From the NCBI GenBank assembly GCA_951813565.1, contig OX638351.1, positions 416,001 to 480,000 of the forward strand: a stretch of DNA of 64,000 nt, read 5' to 3'. Shown here one piece after another: positions 1 to 10,221 of this stretch. Every line of letters starts with the position of its first letter. The stretch's first letter is position 1. The translations under genes and the position numbers were made by a program. The notes under the pieces are model-generated. The model did not search any database. It was not told where the DNA came from and saw only the letters and a list, made by a program, of their open reading frames with translations. The DNA comes from an uncultured Poribacteria bacterium. Its GTDB lineage: Bacteria > Poribacteria > WGA-4E > WGA-3G.

Positions 1-165
1 GAGGGCACAGTGCCTTTATAGATTTTCACGGGTTCTTGAGACTGTGAATTTTGATAATGATTAAAGACAATGACCACGGCTACCAATAGGATTCCTATTC
101 CTCCTCCATAGAGAAAGTGAATGTTTTTCCGCAACATAATAAATACCTTTTATTTTCCTTATTAT

Positions 166-235
166 GTTATACCAATTCTGAAAATCAGAAATGGTATAAC
201 TCTGAGGGACTTTAAGAAAAAGTGCGTAAGTCCTG
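166..235. repeat. Palindromic MITE remnant (GTTATACCAATTCTG...CAGAAATGGTATAAC, 166-200) and a right end GTGCGTAAGTCCTG of an AGGACTTACGC-type MITE
   Basis: Inverted repeat seen directly; the same termini recur at 61758-61903 and 49666-49783. Confidence 0.6.
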
Positions 236-270
236 GAAATATATAGAAATATATAGATTGTTAGATACTG

Positions 271-1755
271 TTACTCAACCTTTTTGGTTTTTGGTATCTT
301 TGAGAGCAGTCCATCTTGTTCAATGACAGCATATTGTGGCATCTTCTCACGGATAGGGGCGACAGCCTGCCAGCTGCCGAAGTTATGCTGCGTAAAAACA
401 ACATAATCTTTTTCAGCATCCGTGTGCGGTATTTCTCCCACCGTTTTAAGGTCCGTCCAGTGCCTGTAAGTAACAGGTTCTCCACTATCCCACTGCCAAC
501 TCCCTTCCTTTTCAACATCATTGAGTCCGATCCAAAACGGAGTTTTCTTCTGTCCGAAGACAGAATATATCCACGCTTGTTCTAACGAGTCTTCGATAGA
601 GACAAGATGTGCACCTTGTTCAATTGCTTTCTGTTGTGCATCGTGCCAATCTTTACAGGGTATTTTCTTGTAAGCGTGTCCGTTTTCAGGGTTTATGACC
701 CACACACCCTCTTTTTGGGGTTCCTGCTTTTCGGTTGCTTTTTGCGCGGAAACCCCCAGAGACTCCATTAGGAAGTTACGATTAAAAGGGGAAGCATTCG
801 GAACCACCAATGTAAAGTCAGGATTAAGGTTAAGTTGAGCGTTCGGTATGGTAGAAGTGTGGTCGACAGTTTTGTTGCCATCAAGCGTAATCACAATATT
901 TTTCGGTGCCGGTGTATTTTTATCCAGTTGAAAAGATTCCGCACCGCCAGTAAGGTCATTATATACCACAGAGAGTCGACACACGCCGAGTGTATCGGTA
1001 TAGTATGTAAAATAACCGTCAGCATCGGTCATGCTTTGTATATGAAAAGTGTCATCCACCAATCCATTTATGACCTGCTGACATTCAATATTTGCGTATG
1101 CGACCGGTGTGCCATCTGCGAAAAGGACGCGAGCGTGTACCCGTAATCGCTGTACCACCTTAATTTTCATATCCGTAATTCTATTTTCAGGTGGTAACAT
1201 AAACGCGTGCCCTGTCTTGATGTCGGCATCTTCGTAAAACTCAAGAATTTCCAAAACGGCAGATTCCCCCATTTGAAGTGAAACGACCCGCTTATCGGGT
1301 TTAGCGGCTACCATTGCCATATTCATTAAAATTCCCACTGGCATGCCCGCTGCGTCATTGATATAGTTTTTTATCAACTGTTTCCACTGTGTCAACATAT
1401 CTGCTTCAATGTGTGGAAGTGGCCATAACTGCATGAATCCTGGGGATATGCCATCAACAGAAAACGCGCCTGCTGCATCTGTGTGAACAAAGGTAACAGG
1501 CATTTTGCCTGGGGAGATGTCTAATAAATACGCTAATGCTAAACCTCCGAATACATCTTCATCTAAAAGAGAGACCAAAACCCCGCTGTCATCGAAATGC
1601 GCCGCCGGTATCAATGCAAATGAGAAGTTGGGAACAGGATTACCATCTATCCCCACTACCGTGCCTGCCATTCCAATCGGTGCATCTTCTGCAATAACAG
1701 TTATGCCCCAAAACGTAAACAATAGTATGAGTGCAAATGTTGTGTATCTTTTCAT
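271..1755 (-). CDS. Secreted protein with carboxypeptidase-regulatory-like (prealbumin-fold) domains and a C-terminal C-type lectin domain
   Basis: Signal peptide MKRYTTFALILL (start moved from 1809 to 1755); GTVVGIDGNPV-type motif; CTLD motifs NGHAYK..W.DAQ..A...GAHLVSI, FWIGLND..EGSWQWDSGEP. Confidence 0.8.
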   Translation of the reverse strand: MKRYTTFALILLFTFWGITVIAEDAPIGMAGTVVGIDGNPVPNFSFALIPAAHFDDSGVLVSLLDEDVFGGLALAYLLDISPGKMPVTFVHTDAAGAFSVDGISPGFMQLWPLPHIEADMLTQWKQLIKNYINDAAGMPVGILMNMAMVAAKPDKRVVSLQMGESAVLEILEFYEDADIKTGHAFMLPPENRITDMKIKVVQRLRVHARVLFADGTPVAYANIECQQVINGLVDDTFHIQSMTDADGYFTYYTDTLGVCRLSVVYNDLTGGAESFQLDKNTPAPKNIVITLDGNKTVDHTSTIPNAQLNLNPDFTLVVPNASPFNRNFLMESLGVSAQKATEKQEPQKEGVWVINPENGHAYKKIPCKDWHDAQQKAIEQGAHLVSIEDSLEQAWIYSVFGQKKTPFWIGLNDVEKEGSWQWDSGEPVTYRHWTDLKTVGEIPHTDAEKDYVVFTQHNFGSWQAVAPIREKMPQYAVIEQDGLLSKIPKTKKVE

Positions 1756-1768
1756 TTTAACTGCTTCT

Positions 1769-3079
1769 TTACCGTTTTTCGGTAGTATCGTCAGGTTTAG
1801 GCATGCCAACGATAAGGTTCTCTTTTTCTAAAATAGCGTAGAAGACATATTTAGTGGTTGGGGTTCCTTTATGTTCAGCTGTCCATACCCCATTTTTACC
1901 CCAAAGCAGCACATTCGCGTCACTGTCTTTTGCAGGTTTCGCGTCGCTGCCTTTTTCAGTGTTAGTTGACTGTGTAGGTGTCACCAACCGTGTAAAGTTC
2001 ACAGGTTCTCCGCTATCCCAATGCGTTGCCCCAGCTTTTAAGCCGATCCAAAAATTGTTCACTGAATCGTATTGCACACCCAACACTTCAAGCAGATAGT
2101 GTTGTTCAGCTGCATCGTTAATAGCGACCAGATACGCCCCCTGTGCTTTTGCTTTTTGTCGCGCTTCCTCAAGCGTTCGGATTCGTATCCGTTTATACGC
2201 GTGTTCGTTTTCAGGGTTGATTACCCATGCCTCTTCGCTTACGAGTTGTTGTATTTCAAGGCTCGTCGCGTCGGTTAGTGCCTTCCTCTTTTCTTGTTCA
2301 ACCGCGGGCAACAACTTTAAGACCACCTCCGCGCGTTGGTGCCTCTCCATTTTCAGAGGAGCAGATTCAGCCGTTAGATCGTTATATGTCACGTTCACAG
2401 TATAAGTAGCAGACCGATGATAAATTTCTTTGGTAAACTGCCCTCTATCATTGAGGAGAACATTTCGTTCAGTTGTACCGAAATTCTCATTGAATGACTG
2501 TTCTAATTTTACGTTTACTGTTGTGTTTTTTAGCGGTGTGCCATCCGCGGTAACCACCTGCACCCGTATGCCGCTCTTGCGTCTAACCGTTACCTCAATA
2601 TCTGGGACGGTTGTCCCTGGTGCAATTGAAAACTGAATCCAGGGATCGTGTGGCTTAATACGAAAAGTGACCCCGCCGATTTTGAAGCGCATAAACTCAT
2701 AATCGTTATCTTGTATTCCTTCGGGAGATGTTATACCTAACATCATCACAGGTTGTGAAACAACGTTAGTGAACGCAAACGCTCCTGTCTTATCAGTTTT
2801 GGACACGGATTGTGTGTAAGGCGGGGCATCCGGGGCATTAGCAGGTGGAACGCCCCTATTTATTATAACCTCAGCAAACATCCATGGATACAATTGCTGT
2901 ACCCACAATTCATGACAGTCTGTTACTAGGTATACGTTAAACCCTTCAATAGGGTCACCTGTTTCATCAATAACTCTACCCGATAAACTTGCTGTCGGTG
3001 CTGCTACGCACTCAAACGCTGTCAAAAGCGACAGCACACTCAATAAAAAAATCAGTTGTTTTAAGTGAAAACGGTTCAT
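1769..3079 (-). CDS. Paralogous secreted protein with carboxypeptidase-regulatory-like domains and a C-type lectin domain
   Basis: AGGAG RBS before MNRFHLK (3079); SGRVIDETGDPI; NEHAYK...GAYLVAIND...FWIGL...WDSGEP. Confidence 0.8.
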   Translation of the reverse strand: MNRFHLKQLIFLLSVLSLLTAFECVAAPTASLSGRVIDETGDPIEGFNVYLVTDCHELWVQQLYPWMFAEVIINRGVPPANAPDAPPYTQSVSKTDKTGAFAFTNVVSQPVMMLGITSPEGIQDNDYEFMRFKIGGVTFRIKPHDPWIQFSIAPGTTVPDIEVTVRRKSGIRVQVVTADGTPLKNTTVNVKLEQSFNENFGTTERNVLLNDRGQFTKEIYHRSATYTVNVTYNDLTAESAPLKMERHQRAEVVLKLLPAVEQEKRKALTDATSLEIQQLVSEEAWVINPENEHAYKRIRIRTLEEARQKAKAQGAYLVAINDAAEQHYLLEVLGVQYDSVNNFWIGLKAGATHWDSGEPVNFTRLVTPTQSTNTEKGSDAKPAKDSDANVLLWGKNGVWTAEHKGTPTTKYVFYAILEKENLIVGMPKPDDTTEKR

Positions 3080-3090
3080 TTTTTTCTCCT

Positions 3091-3153
3091 TATAGCGGAT
3101 TCTACAATTAACTGGACATCTCAAAATGTCCAGTTAATTCTAAAGTTTACTAT
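3091..3153. mobile_element. 63-bp palindromic IS630-type MITE
   Basis: TATAGCGGATTCTACAATTAACTGGACAT...ATGTCCAGTTAATTCTAAAGTTTACTAT; its left arm matches the reverse complement of the right end of the 42179-42313 element; overlaps the stop of the 3140..3559 ORF. Confidence 0.65.
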
Positions 3154-3559
3154 TCTCTTTATTGGTGAGATCATAAGATACAAGAAAACCTCTATTATCA
3201 ACAGTGAAAGCAGCTTCGCCAACATCTTTAATCCGAATGATGAAATAGTTATGATAAACTTCAAGGGTAAAATCCCCTATCTTTCCTTTCGTCCAAGACT
3301 CTGGATCATTAACTTGCCCCAGATAGGTAACTCCGTTCTTGTGCAGCAGTATGTAATTTGTCGGTTGTTTATTAAGCTCATAGTTGTTTTGCTTCATCCA
3401 CTCTAATACAACCTTATGCTGTCCGTCATACCCTCCGGTAGGTGTGTCCTTGTTGATTATCTCCGTAACAGGTGGCGGAAATGACCCAAATCCGTGGCAA
3501 CCCATGAAAAGCGTTAATACGAAAAAATAGATGATTGAAAAGTCTCTATACGACTTCAT
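3140..3559 (-). CDS. Hypothetical lipoprotein
   Basis: AAGGAG RBS; hydrophobic N-terminus with lipobox-like FMGC. Confidence 0.65.
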   Translation of the reverse strand: MKSYRDFSIIYFFVLTLFMGCHGFGSFPPPVTEIINKDTPTGGYDGQHKVVLEWMKQNNYELNKQPTNYILLHKNGVTYLGQVNDPESWTKGKIGDFTLEVYHNYFIIRIKDVGEAAFTVDNRGFLVSYDLTNKENSKL

Positions 3560-3595
3560 TTTATTCTCCTTATATAACCCAAGTTGCTACCTATA

Positions 3596-4039
3596 ACGTG
3601 AGTTTGATAATTAGACCTAAATGTAGATGTCCGTTGGGTAGAGCGAAGCGAAACCTATAGGCGTCAATTTAGTGCCTGATTTTCTTGTGGGAGGGCTTTC
3701 TAAGCCCGATATTGTGAGACTCAAACCGTTATATCGGGGTTGAAAACCCGACAAATGCCAAAAAGCGCATTTGGCGTTGATTTGGCAGCATGCCAAACGC
3801 GCATGCTGCGTTGATTCGCTCCCACAATAGGATATATCCTAAAATTGACGCCTATGGGTAGAGCGAAGCGAAACCCAACAATTCAACCGTCTTGGAAGTA
3901 ATTTAAAGTTGAGTTTCACTCATTTTCCTGTTATTTCGGCATCAAATGGAGAAAAAATCGCTCTTTTATGTCCGATTTTTTGTTTGTTCCGTTCTACCCA
4001 ACGGACAGTGGTTATTGAATTTTATTATCAAACTCACGT
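3596..4039. mobile_element. MITE 'B' (IS982-like ends) containing nested elements
   Basis: Perfect 15-bp TIR ACGTGAGTTTGATAA/TTATCAAACTCACGT; 8-bp TSD TACCTATA (3588-3595, 4040-4047). Confidence 0.85.
3656..3856. mobile_element. MITE 'C' inserted in a REP hairpin
   Basis: TIR ATAGGCGTCAATTT/AAATTGACGCCTAT; 19-bp flanking direct repeat GGTAGAGCGAAGCGAAACC (3637-3655, 3857-3875). Confidence 0.85.
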
Positions 4040-4075
4040 TACCTATAAGTTTTAGACATGGAAACACTGTTTTTA

Positions 4076-4983
4076 TAGTAGATATTGAAAATAAGTTTAC
4101 ATTTTCTGGGATTTATGCTAGCCTTTATAATTATGGCATATTCAACAGATTTACGCAAACGCGTGCTTGATTTCATCAATAATGGTGGCAGTAAAGCCGC
4201 CGCAGAACGCACTTTTCGTGTCTCAAGAAGAACGATCTATAACTGGTTGGAAGCAGAAGACCCCTTCGCCTGTGAAAAACCGGGACCCAAAGGGCCCCGA
4301 GATATTGATTATGACGCACTTCAGCAACATGTTGCCGATTTCCCAGATTCCACACTCGCCGAACGTGCTAAACACTTCGGTGTTTCAACAAATGGCATCT
4401 TTTATGCCTTCTCAAAACTCAATATCACGCGAAAAAAAAGACCACGACCTACAAAGAACAGTGTCCGATAAAACGCCAAGAGTATCTTTCGGCACTTCAA
4501 CAAGAGACACAGGCGCATGGCAAAACACCGGTTTATCTTGACGAAAGTGGTTTCACTGAAACCACTTTCCGTCGGTATGCTTATGCCCCGAAAGGTGTCC
4601 GTGTTGAAGATAAAGTGCCAAGCCATCGGTATACCACCACGACGCTGATTGCTGCAAGGCTTGATGGATGTTTCACAGCACCTGTGCTTTTCGAGGGCAG
4701 TTGCGACGCGGTCGCCTTCAACAGTTGGCTTTCGGAAATGTTGTGTCCATTGCTTGACGATAGCCATGTTGTGATTATGGATAATGCGTCTTTCCACAAA
4801 GGTTCACAGACGGCGGCATTGATCCGGGATTGCGGTGCGAGTTTGTTGTTTTTACCGCCGTATTCACCGGAGTTGAACCCGATTGAGAAGGATTTCGCCA
4901 ACATCAAGCGGATACGTCAATACAACGCTGAGACCTCTATTGATGATATTATAAAAGTGTATAAGTAATTACGGGATTTACTA
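4076..4983 (+). mobile_element. IS630-family insertion sequence
   Basis: Imperfect TIRs TAGTAGAT.../...ATTTACTA flanked by TA; encodes a frameshifted transposase. Confidence 0.9.
4133..4968 (+). CDS. IS630 transposase (OrfA 4133-4471, then -1 programmed frameshift into the DDE OrfB)
   Basis: MAYSTDLRKRV HTH start; slippery AAAAAAAAG at 4432-4440; the -1 frame reads KKTTTYKEQ...VYLDESGF...VIMDNASFH...LPPYSPELNPIE. Confidence 0.9.
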
Positions 4984-5184
4984 TAATAGAGAACAATACA
5001 TATTTCGCAAGTTTTCGTAGTGCAAACTGTTAGTTTGCGGACTAATATGCACAATCTAAATGAAGGTTAAAAAATAAATTCGGTAATTTCAGTCCCGTAG
5101 GGACGATATGTTTATAGAAATGTGATAACCTACCTTTAAACCTCATACATTATGGGCTTTTAAAAGTCCACTAAGGCTTGAGTC

Positions 5185-5964
5185 TCATTCGGTCAACTCA
5201 TAATGCTCCATTAATACTTTTTCAAAGTCATCCGGCGGATTTGCCATTATCTCGTAAATATTAATTTTATCGTAGCCTTTAATGGTGGCATATTGTGCCA
5301 GATTGCGATAAAACGTTGCACCACTGGTCATGAATTCACCAAATTCACCGGGAATTGATTCATGGGAATCTGCAAGTTTTAAGAGATCGGAAGTACGCAC
5401 ATCACCGTTTGTGTCCACATATTTTTGGAGTACCGTTGCTAAATTGTTCATGTCGGTAAGTACGGTGGGACCTCCTGCGGCTTCTTCAAAAAGGCTAATC
5501 AACTCTTGCACTTTTTCTGGGTGCGTTGAAGAGTGTATACCTCCACCTATTATATTGCCTATTTTGTCCCAGAGTTCCCGCGCCTTTCGCCGGTCTTCTC
5601 GTTTTGCTAATTCTTCAGGCGAGAGCGTTTCCTTCATCTCTTCTTCCTCCGCAGCAACATCCTGAAGTAATTTCTCTACATCTGCATCAGAGACTTTCCC
5701 CTCTGCAGCAAGTTCCTTGAGAAATTTCTCTATCTCTGCGTCAGAGGCTTTTCCTGAATCAACTTCTTCAGTGTCAACACTGCCAACGTTTACCTCCTCT
5801 GGCGTTTCTTTTTTCTTCAGGCTTTCCTCTAACATTTTTTCTGCCTCAGCAGCCTCTTGTTCAAGTTGCCGGATATTTGCGCGATCGTGTCGAACCCACA
5901 CCACGGCGGCTCCAACGAGTAGAAAAATGAGAGCGGCAAGTCCCAAGTATTGTATGCGTTTCAT
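5185..5964 (-). CDS. Hypothetical membrane-anchored acidic protein
   Basis: AGGAGG RBS, N-terminal TM helix, 259-aa ORF. Confidence 0.7.
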   Translation of the reverse strand: MKRIQYLGLAALIFLLVGAAVVWVRHDRANIRQLEQEAAEAEKMLEESLKKKETPEEVNVGSVDTEEVDSGKASDAEIEKFLKELAAEGKVSDADVEKLLQDVAAEEEEMKETLSPEELAKREDRRKARELWDKIGNIIGGGIHSSTHPEKVQELISLFEEAAGGPTVLTDMNNLATVLQKYVDTNGDVRTSDLLKLADSHESIPGEFGEFMTSGATFYRNLAQYATIKGYDKINIYEIMANPPDDFEKVLMEHYELTE

Positions 5965-6187
5965 CGTGTTCCTCCTATAAGATTGAAGTTATCCATTCAG
6001 GTCAATTCGGTATAATTACTTGAAAACTTCTTTCGGCGCGCTATGATGAAGTATCAAATTTTACTCAGCATTTCCTAACAGGTAGGATTACCTTTAGATC
6101 GGTTGTTTCAAAGCGCGCTTTTGACACAATGCCACTACTGAACAATATTCAATACTCCATCATGCGCGAATAGCGTCTGTGCTGCTT

Positions 6188-6742
6188 CTAATCATCCTTT
6201 TTTTCCTTTTTACCTTTTTTGGATCGAAGCTCTTGAAGTATCTCAACAACAGTTTCCATCTGTTCCTCTAATTTACTGAGGCGCGGTTCAACGGGATCAG
6301 GTTTATCTTCTTCTACTTCAACAACTTCAATTGTAGATTCCGAAGATTCATCATCCTCCGAATCCGTTTCCCTCATACTAAAGATAGAGCGACTAACAAC
6401 TTCGCCAACATCTTTCATTACATTGCCAATCGTTTCCTTCTCTTTCTTAAAATCGAGGTCGAAATCAAATCCCATTCCTTCTTTGAGATACGTGGCAACT
6501 TGATGGTACGCATAACCGATGTCACCAACAGATGAATCTTCGTTTAAATGTTCAAAAAGTCCCTCTGGCAGTGCCTCTAAATCATACAACCTTGACAATG
6601 CGCTGTTGAATTGTCGGATGCACCGATTTTGACCATTTGAAAAATGGTCAAAAACAGAAGGTTTCTCAAGAATCCTTGTTGTTGCTTCTAACATTCGGAC
6701 AATTCGCCGAACTTCCTTTTGGGTTTCACGTTCATTACTCAT
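6188..6742 (-). CDS. Hypothetical protein
   Basis: AAGGAG RBS; 184-aa ORF with a coiled-coil-like C-terminus. Confidence 0.7.
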   Translation of the reverse strand: MSNERETQKEVRRIVRMLEATTRILEKPSVFDHFSNGQNRCIRQFNSALSRLYDLEALPEGLFEHLNEDSSVGDIGYAYHQVATYLKEGMGFDFDLDFKKEKETIGNVMKDVGEVVSRSIFSMRETDSEDDESSESTIEVVEVEEDKPDPVEPRLSKLEEQMETVVEILQELRSKKGKKEKKDD

Positions 6743-6872
6743 TTTAAAATCTCCTTATCATGGATGCTTTTGACACTATAGAGTCTTTGATATACAAAAA
6801 GGATAGTAAAATTGTCAAAAAATACAATTTTTCGTTTTCCACCTCCATAATTTGCTATACAGAGTGTAATTA

Positions 6873-8081
6873 TCAACCTTTCTTTAATTCGCCTACATTA
6901 CGTCTGATTTTTATTGCCGCCTTAATAATGTCTTCCATATCCTCTTCTGTTCCCATCAAAACATTCTGACCAAAGGCGAGTCCTGATTGACATATTTTTT
7001 CGGTTTCGGCACAGTGAACATCTGAAAAATCAAGGTCGCTACCGAAAAGATTAGAGGAAAGAAACGAAGCACGATACATCGGCGTGTTATACCAATATCC
7101 GATAGGTATACCTTCGGCGCGCATCGCACTGATAAAAGTTCCACGTGATATATCTTCAAACTCTTCAGAATCAAAAATTGCTTTGTAGCCGTGGGAACCG
7201 CATCGGGTTGCACGAGGATCCAGTGGTGTTACCTTGATACCGGGAATCTCACCAAACCATCCGTCTAACCAGCGCATATTCATGTGTCTATGATTAGTTT
7301 CAGCTTCAAGTCGTGTCAAGCGAGAAAGCAGGAGTCCAGCCTGCCACTCTGTCATTCTGAAATTTCCACCAAACGGTTCTATATTACCAGATTCTGCATC
7401 AGGCGGTGTGCGTCCGCAGTTGTGGAGTGCCCACGCACGCTCATAGAGTTCTTTATCATTCATCAAAACGATTCCACCTTCACCAGCACAAAGATTTTTA
7501 GAGGATTGGAAACTGAAGCATCCGAAATCCCCCCAACTTCCTACACCTCTGCCGCGCCATTCTGCCCCGTGTGCTTGCGCGCAATCCTCAATAATTTTCA
7601 GATTGTGGCGATCACCAATCTCTACAAGCGCGTCAAGATCAGTGGGATAACCAGCGATGTGAACAGGTAGGATCGCTTTCGTCTTTTCTGTAATTGCCTC
7701 TTCCACTTTGGAAACGTCCAATAGAAAACTATCGCGGGCAGTGTCAACAAAAACTGGTACGGCATGTGTCATCAAAATAGCAACGACAGTAGCTTGAAAT
7801 GTATATGCGGTGGTAATTACCTCATCACCTGGACCTACCTTAGCCGCTTTTAACGCAATATAGAGTGCGGTAGTGCCGCTATTGACACAAACACCATAGT
7901 TTGCTCCTTGGAATTCAGCGAATTGTTTCGCAAATTCAGGAACTTTTGTTCCGCCAACTCCCCATTGTCTGCTGTTATAGATACTCTCAAATGCTTCTAT
8001 GTCTGCAGGATCAAGAGTAGGCCATGTAGGGTAAGGCTTGGTTCGGATCGGTTCACCGCCATTTATTGCTAAAATAGACAT
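6873..8081 (-). CDS. DegT/DnrJ/EryC1/StrS-family PLP aminotransferase (AHBA-synthase-like)
   Basis: NSGTTAL, IIEDCAQAHGA, FSFQSSKNLCAGEGG, NFRMTEWQA motifs. Confidence 0.92.
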   Translation of the reverse strand: MSILAINGGEPIRTKPYPTWPTLDPADIEAFESIYNSRQWGVGGTKVPEFAKQFAEFQGANYGVCVNSGTTALYIALKAAKVGPGDEVITTAYTFQATVVAILMTHAVPVFVDTARDSFLLDVSKVEEAITEKTKAILPVHIAGYPTDLDALVEIGDRHNLKIIEDCAQAHGAEWRGRGVGSWGDFGCFSFQSSKNLCAGEGGIVLMNDKELYERAWALHNCGRTPPDAESGNIEPFGGNFRMTEWQAGLLLSRLTRLEAETNHRHMNMRWLDGWFGEIPGIKVTPLDPRATRCGSHGYKAIFDSEEFEDISRGTFISAMRAEGIPIGYWYNTPMYRASFLSSNLFGSDLDFSDVHCAETEKICQSGLAFGQNVLMGTEEDMEDIIKAAIKIRRNVGELKKG

Positions 8082-8098
8082 GTCAAGTCTCCATTTTT

Positions 8099-8596
8099 TT
8101 ATTCAGATCCGAAATTTTTTACAAATTCAGGTGGAAATTTTCCTGACACTACTTGACCGATTAAGTCGTCTAACGCATTTTGGGCTTTTTCTGCTAATTC
8201 GGTGGCAATAATACCTTCATCAAGAGCAGTTTCAAACTCATCCTCATCTTGAATTTCATAACTGCCATCGGGGGATACCCATAAATCAAGGAATAGGTCA
8301 ACAATTTCAAATTGATCTGAACTTCGCTTCACTGGCTTCATAATATCGCAATAATAACCTGTCCATTCGTCATCCAGATTGTATATTTTACCGATGTCAT
8401 ACCACAATCCTGTAAATACAAACCAAACCGCTGTAAAGTTGTCCCCTAAAACTGTCTCACCGTTCAGAATGATTGGGGAAGAAGGTTTAATCTGTTGCGA
8501 CGTGACAATAACGTCTTCGTCTTCATAAAGCAGTTGCTGCTGAAAATAATTAATCCGATCTGGTAGTCTTTTATATGTCAGGGTTATTGTTTGCAT
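8099..8596 (-). CDS. DUF402-domain protein
   Basis: GYYCDI...VDLFLDLWVSPDGSYEIQDEDEF signature. Confidence 0.85.
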   Translation of the reverse strand: MQTITLTYKRLPDRINYFQQQLLYEDEDVIVTSQQIKPSSPIILNGETVLGDNFTAVWFVFTGLWYDIGKIYNLDDEWTGYYCDIMKPVKRSSDQFEIVDLFLDLWVSPDGSYEIQDEDEFETALDEGIIATELAEKAQNALDDLIGQVVSGKFPPEFVKNFGSE

Positions 8597-9218
8597 CTTC
8601 CGTTCTTACTTCATCAGCTTGTCTAACTGCTCTGATGAATGCCTTAATTTTTTGGTGATCCTTCTGACGTTTTTCTGATTCAACACCGCTGGCAACATCA
8701 ACAGCGTCCGGCTTAACATATTGGACAGCATCTGCAACGTTTTGTGGTGTTAAACCACCTGCGAGGATTAACCTATTTGTGTGATGTCGCGCTTTCTGAG
8801 CAAGTTTCAAATTGATTGTCCCAGTTGTTATTGATTTTGGTTTATCTACAAGACAGGCACTTACATTGTAAGCATCTATAGTCTTCAATTTAAAATCGCT
8901 ATGAAGTTCAAATACTTTTATGACAGGCAATGAAAGTTGTGTGCAAAATTCTGGTGATTCAACTCCGTGTAATTGGACAGATGTGATACCTGTTTGCATA
9001 GCAATATCTTGAATTTCCTTGTGTTCAGCATTCCTGAAAACGCCAACTGTTGAAATAAACGGAGGTAACGCTCGGATGATTTCAGCTGCATTATTAGGTG
9101 TGGTGTAGCGTGGGGTTTGTGGCACAAAAATAAATCCGAGAGCATCTGCCCCTGCTGCAACTGCTGTCTCTGCATCGGTAAGATTGGTAATACCACAAAT
9201 TTTAACGCGTGTTCGCAT
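8571..9218 (-). CDS. trpF: Phosphoribosylanthranilate isomerase
   Basis: RVKICGIT, QLHG.E, LAGGLTPQNV, VDVASGVE; start taken at MRTRVK. Confidence 0.95.
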   Translation of the reverse strand: MRTRVKICGITNLTDAETAVAAGADALGFIFVPQTPRYTTPNNAAEIIRALPPFISTVGVFRNAEHKEIQDIAMQTGITSVQLHGVESPEFCTQLSLPVIKVFELHSDFKLKTIDAYNVSACLVDKPKSITTGTINLKLAQKARHHTNRLILAGGLTPQNVADAVQYVKPDAVDVASGVESEKRQKDHQKIKAFIRAVRQADEVRTEDANNNPDI

Positions 9219-10203
9219 CAATTGCCTCACGGAAAGCCTTGATATGTGCAGGAGTCGTGCCACAGCAGCCACCGATTAAATATGCCCCCGCTTCTATGAG
9301 CTCGGGGACATAGCCTGCCATCTCTGTCGGTGTTTGTGTGTAGACAGTTTTATAATTCTCATCAAGTTCAGGCATGCCTGCGTTTGGATATGCCATCAAC
9401 CGTTTGCTGTTAATACCTATCTCTGCCAACGCGGTATTCAGCTGCTCGGTACCAGTGATAGCGTAAGGCATTCCTGAGTGCTCTGCGCGCTTTGATTCTG
9501 CGCCACAGTTTAGACCGATAATATCAACATAATCTATAAGTGGGTACCCTTTTGAAAACTCGCCACTGGCAAGGATTTGAAGTAAATCCGAAGCAGAATG
9601 TCCCCAGTCAGTTTTATAGATCACTTTGCCGGTGCGGTGTTCTTTTGTCCATTTATATGTCAAGTTTACTGCTATTGGCAGTCCTGTTTCGCGGGCAATA
9701 TCAACAGCAATTGCTGCTTCTTTCGCGGAAAACATCGTTTCAAGACAGAGAAAATCAACACCTTCCTCTGCAAGTGTGTGGATTACAAGTTTATGCGCTT
9801 CCCGAACTTTATCATTTGCAATGCCAAATGTAGTGTCGCCGCTATCTGCTTCAATTGCCCCTGGCGATGGTCCAACAGAACCCGCAATGTAAACATCTTT
9901 TCCGCTCTCTGAAACTGCACGTTTCGCATGCTGAACGCCAAGTCGTGTGAGTCGTTGCGCATCCGATTTATCTTGTCCTGCCATTTCCAGGTGAAGTGGG
10001 GATACTACAAATGTATTTGTGCCGATTGCTTCTGCACCAACATTGATATAATCTGCATGAATGTCAACAACATCAGCAGGATGCAGTTCGTTGGCAAGTG
10101 CGCTATTGGCAAGTTCTATATCGCGCGCAAATAGCTGCGACCCAAATCCGCCATCATAAAGTATTGGTTTATCAGACTTTAAACGTTCTTGAAAGGTTTT
10201 CAC
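9202..10203 (-). CDS. Homocysteine S-methyltransferase family protein (stand-alone MetH Hcy-binding domain)
   Basis: DGGFGSQL, GTNTF, GSVGP, LETM, Zn ligands GLNC and GGCCGTTP. Confidence 0.9.
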   Translation of the reverse strand: MKTFQERLKSDKPILYDGGFGSQLFARDIELANSALANELHPADVVDIHADYINVGAEAIGTNTFVVSPLHLEMAGQDKSDAQRLTRLGVQHAKRAVSESGKDVYIAGSVGPSPGAIEADSGDTTFGIANDKVREAHKLVIHTLAEEGVDFLCLETMFSAKEAAIAVDIARETGLPIAVNLTYKWTKEHRTGKVIYKTDWGHSASDLLQILASGEFSKGYPLIDYVDIIGLNCGAESKRAEHSGMPYAITGTEQLNTALAEIGINSKRLMAYPNAGMPELDENYKTVYTQTPTEMAGYVPELIEAGAYLIGGCCGTTPAHIKAFREAIDANTR

Positions 10204-10221
10204 GCTTTGTGTCGTTTCTCC

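Noticed and set aside
271..3079. Diversity-generating retroelement targeting the C-type lectin genes
   Set aside because: No reverse transcriptase and no template/variable repeat pair seen in the window
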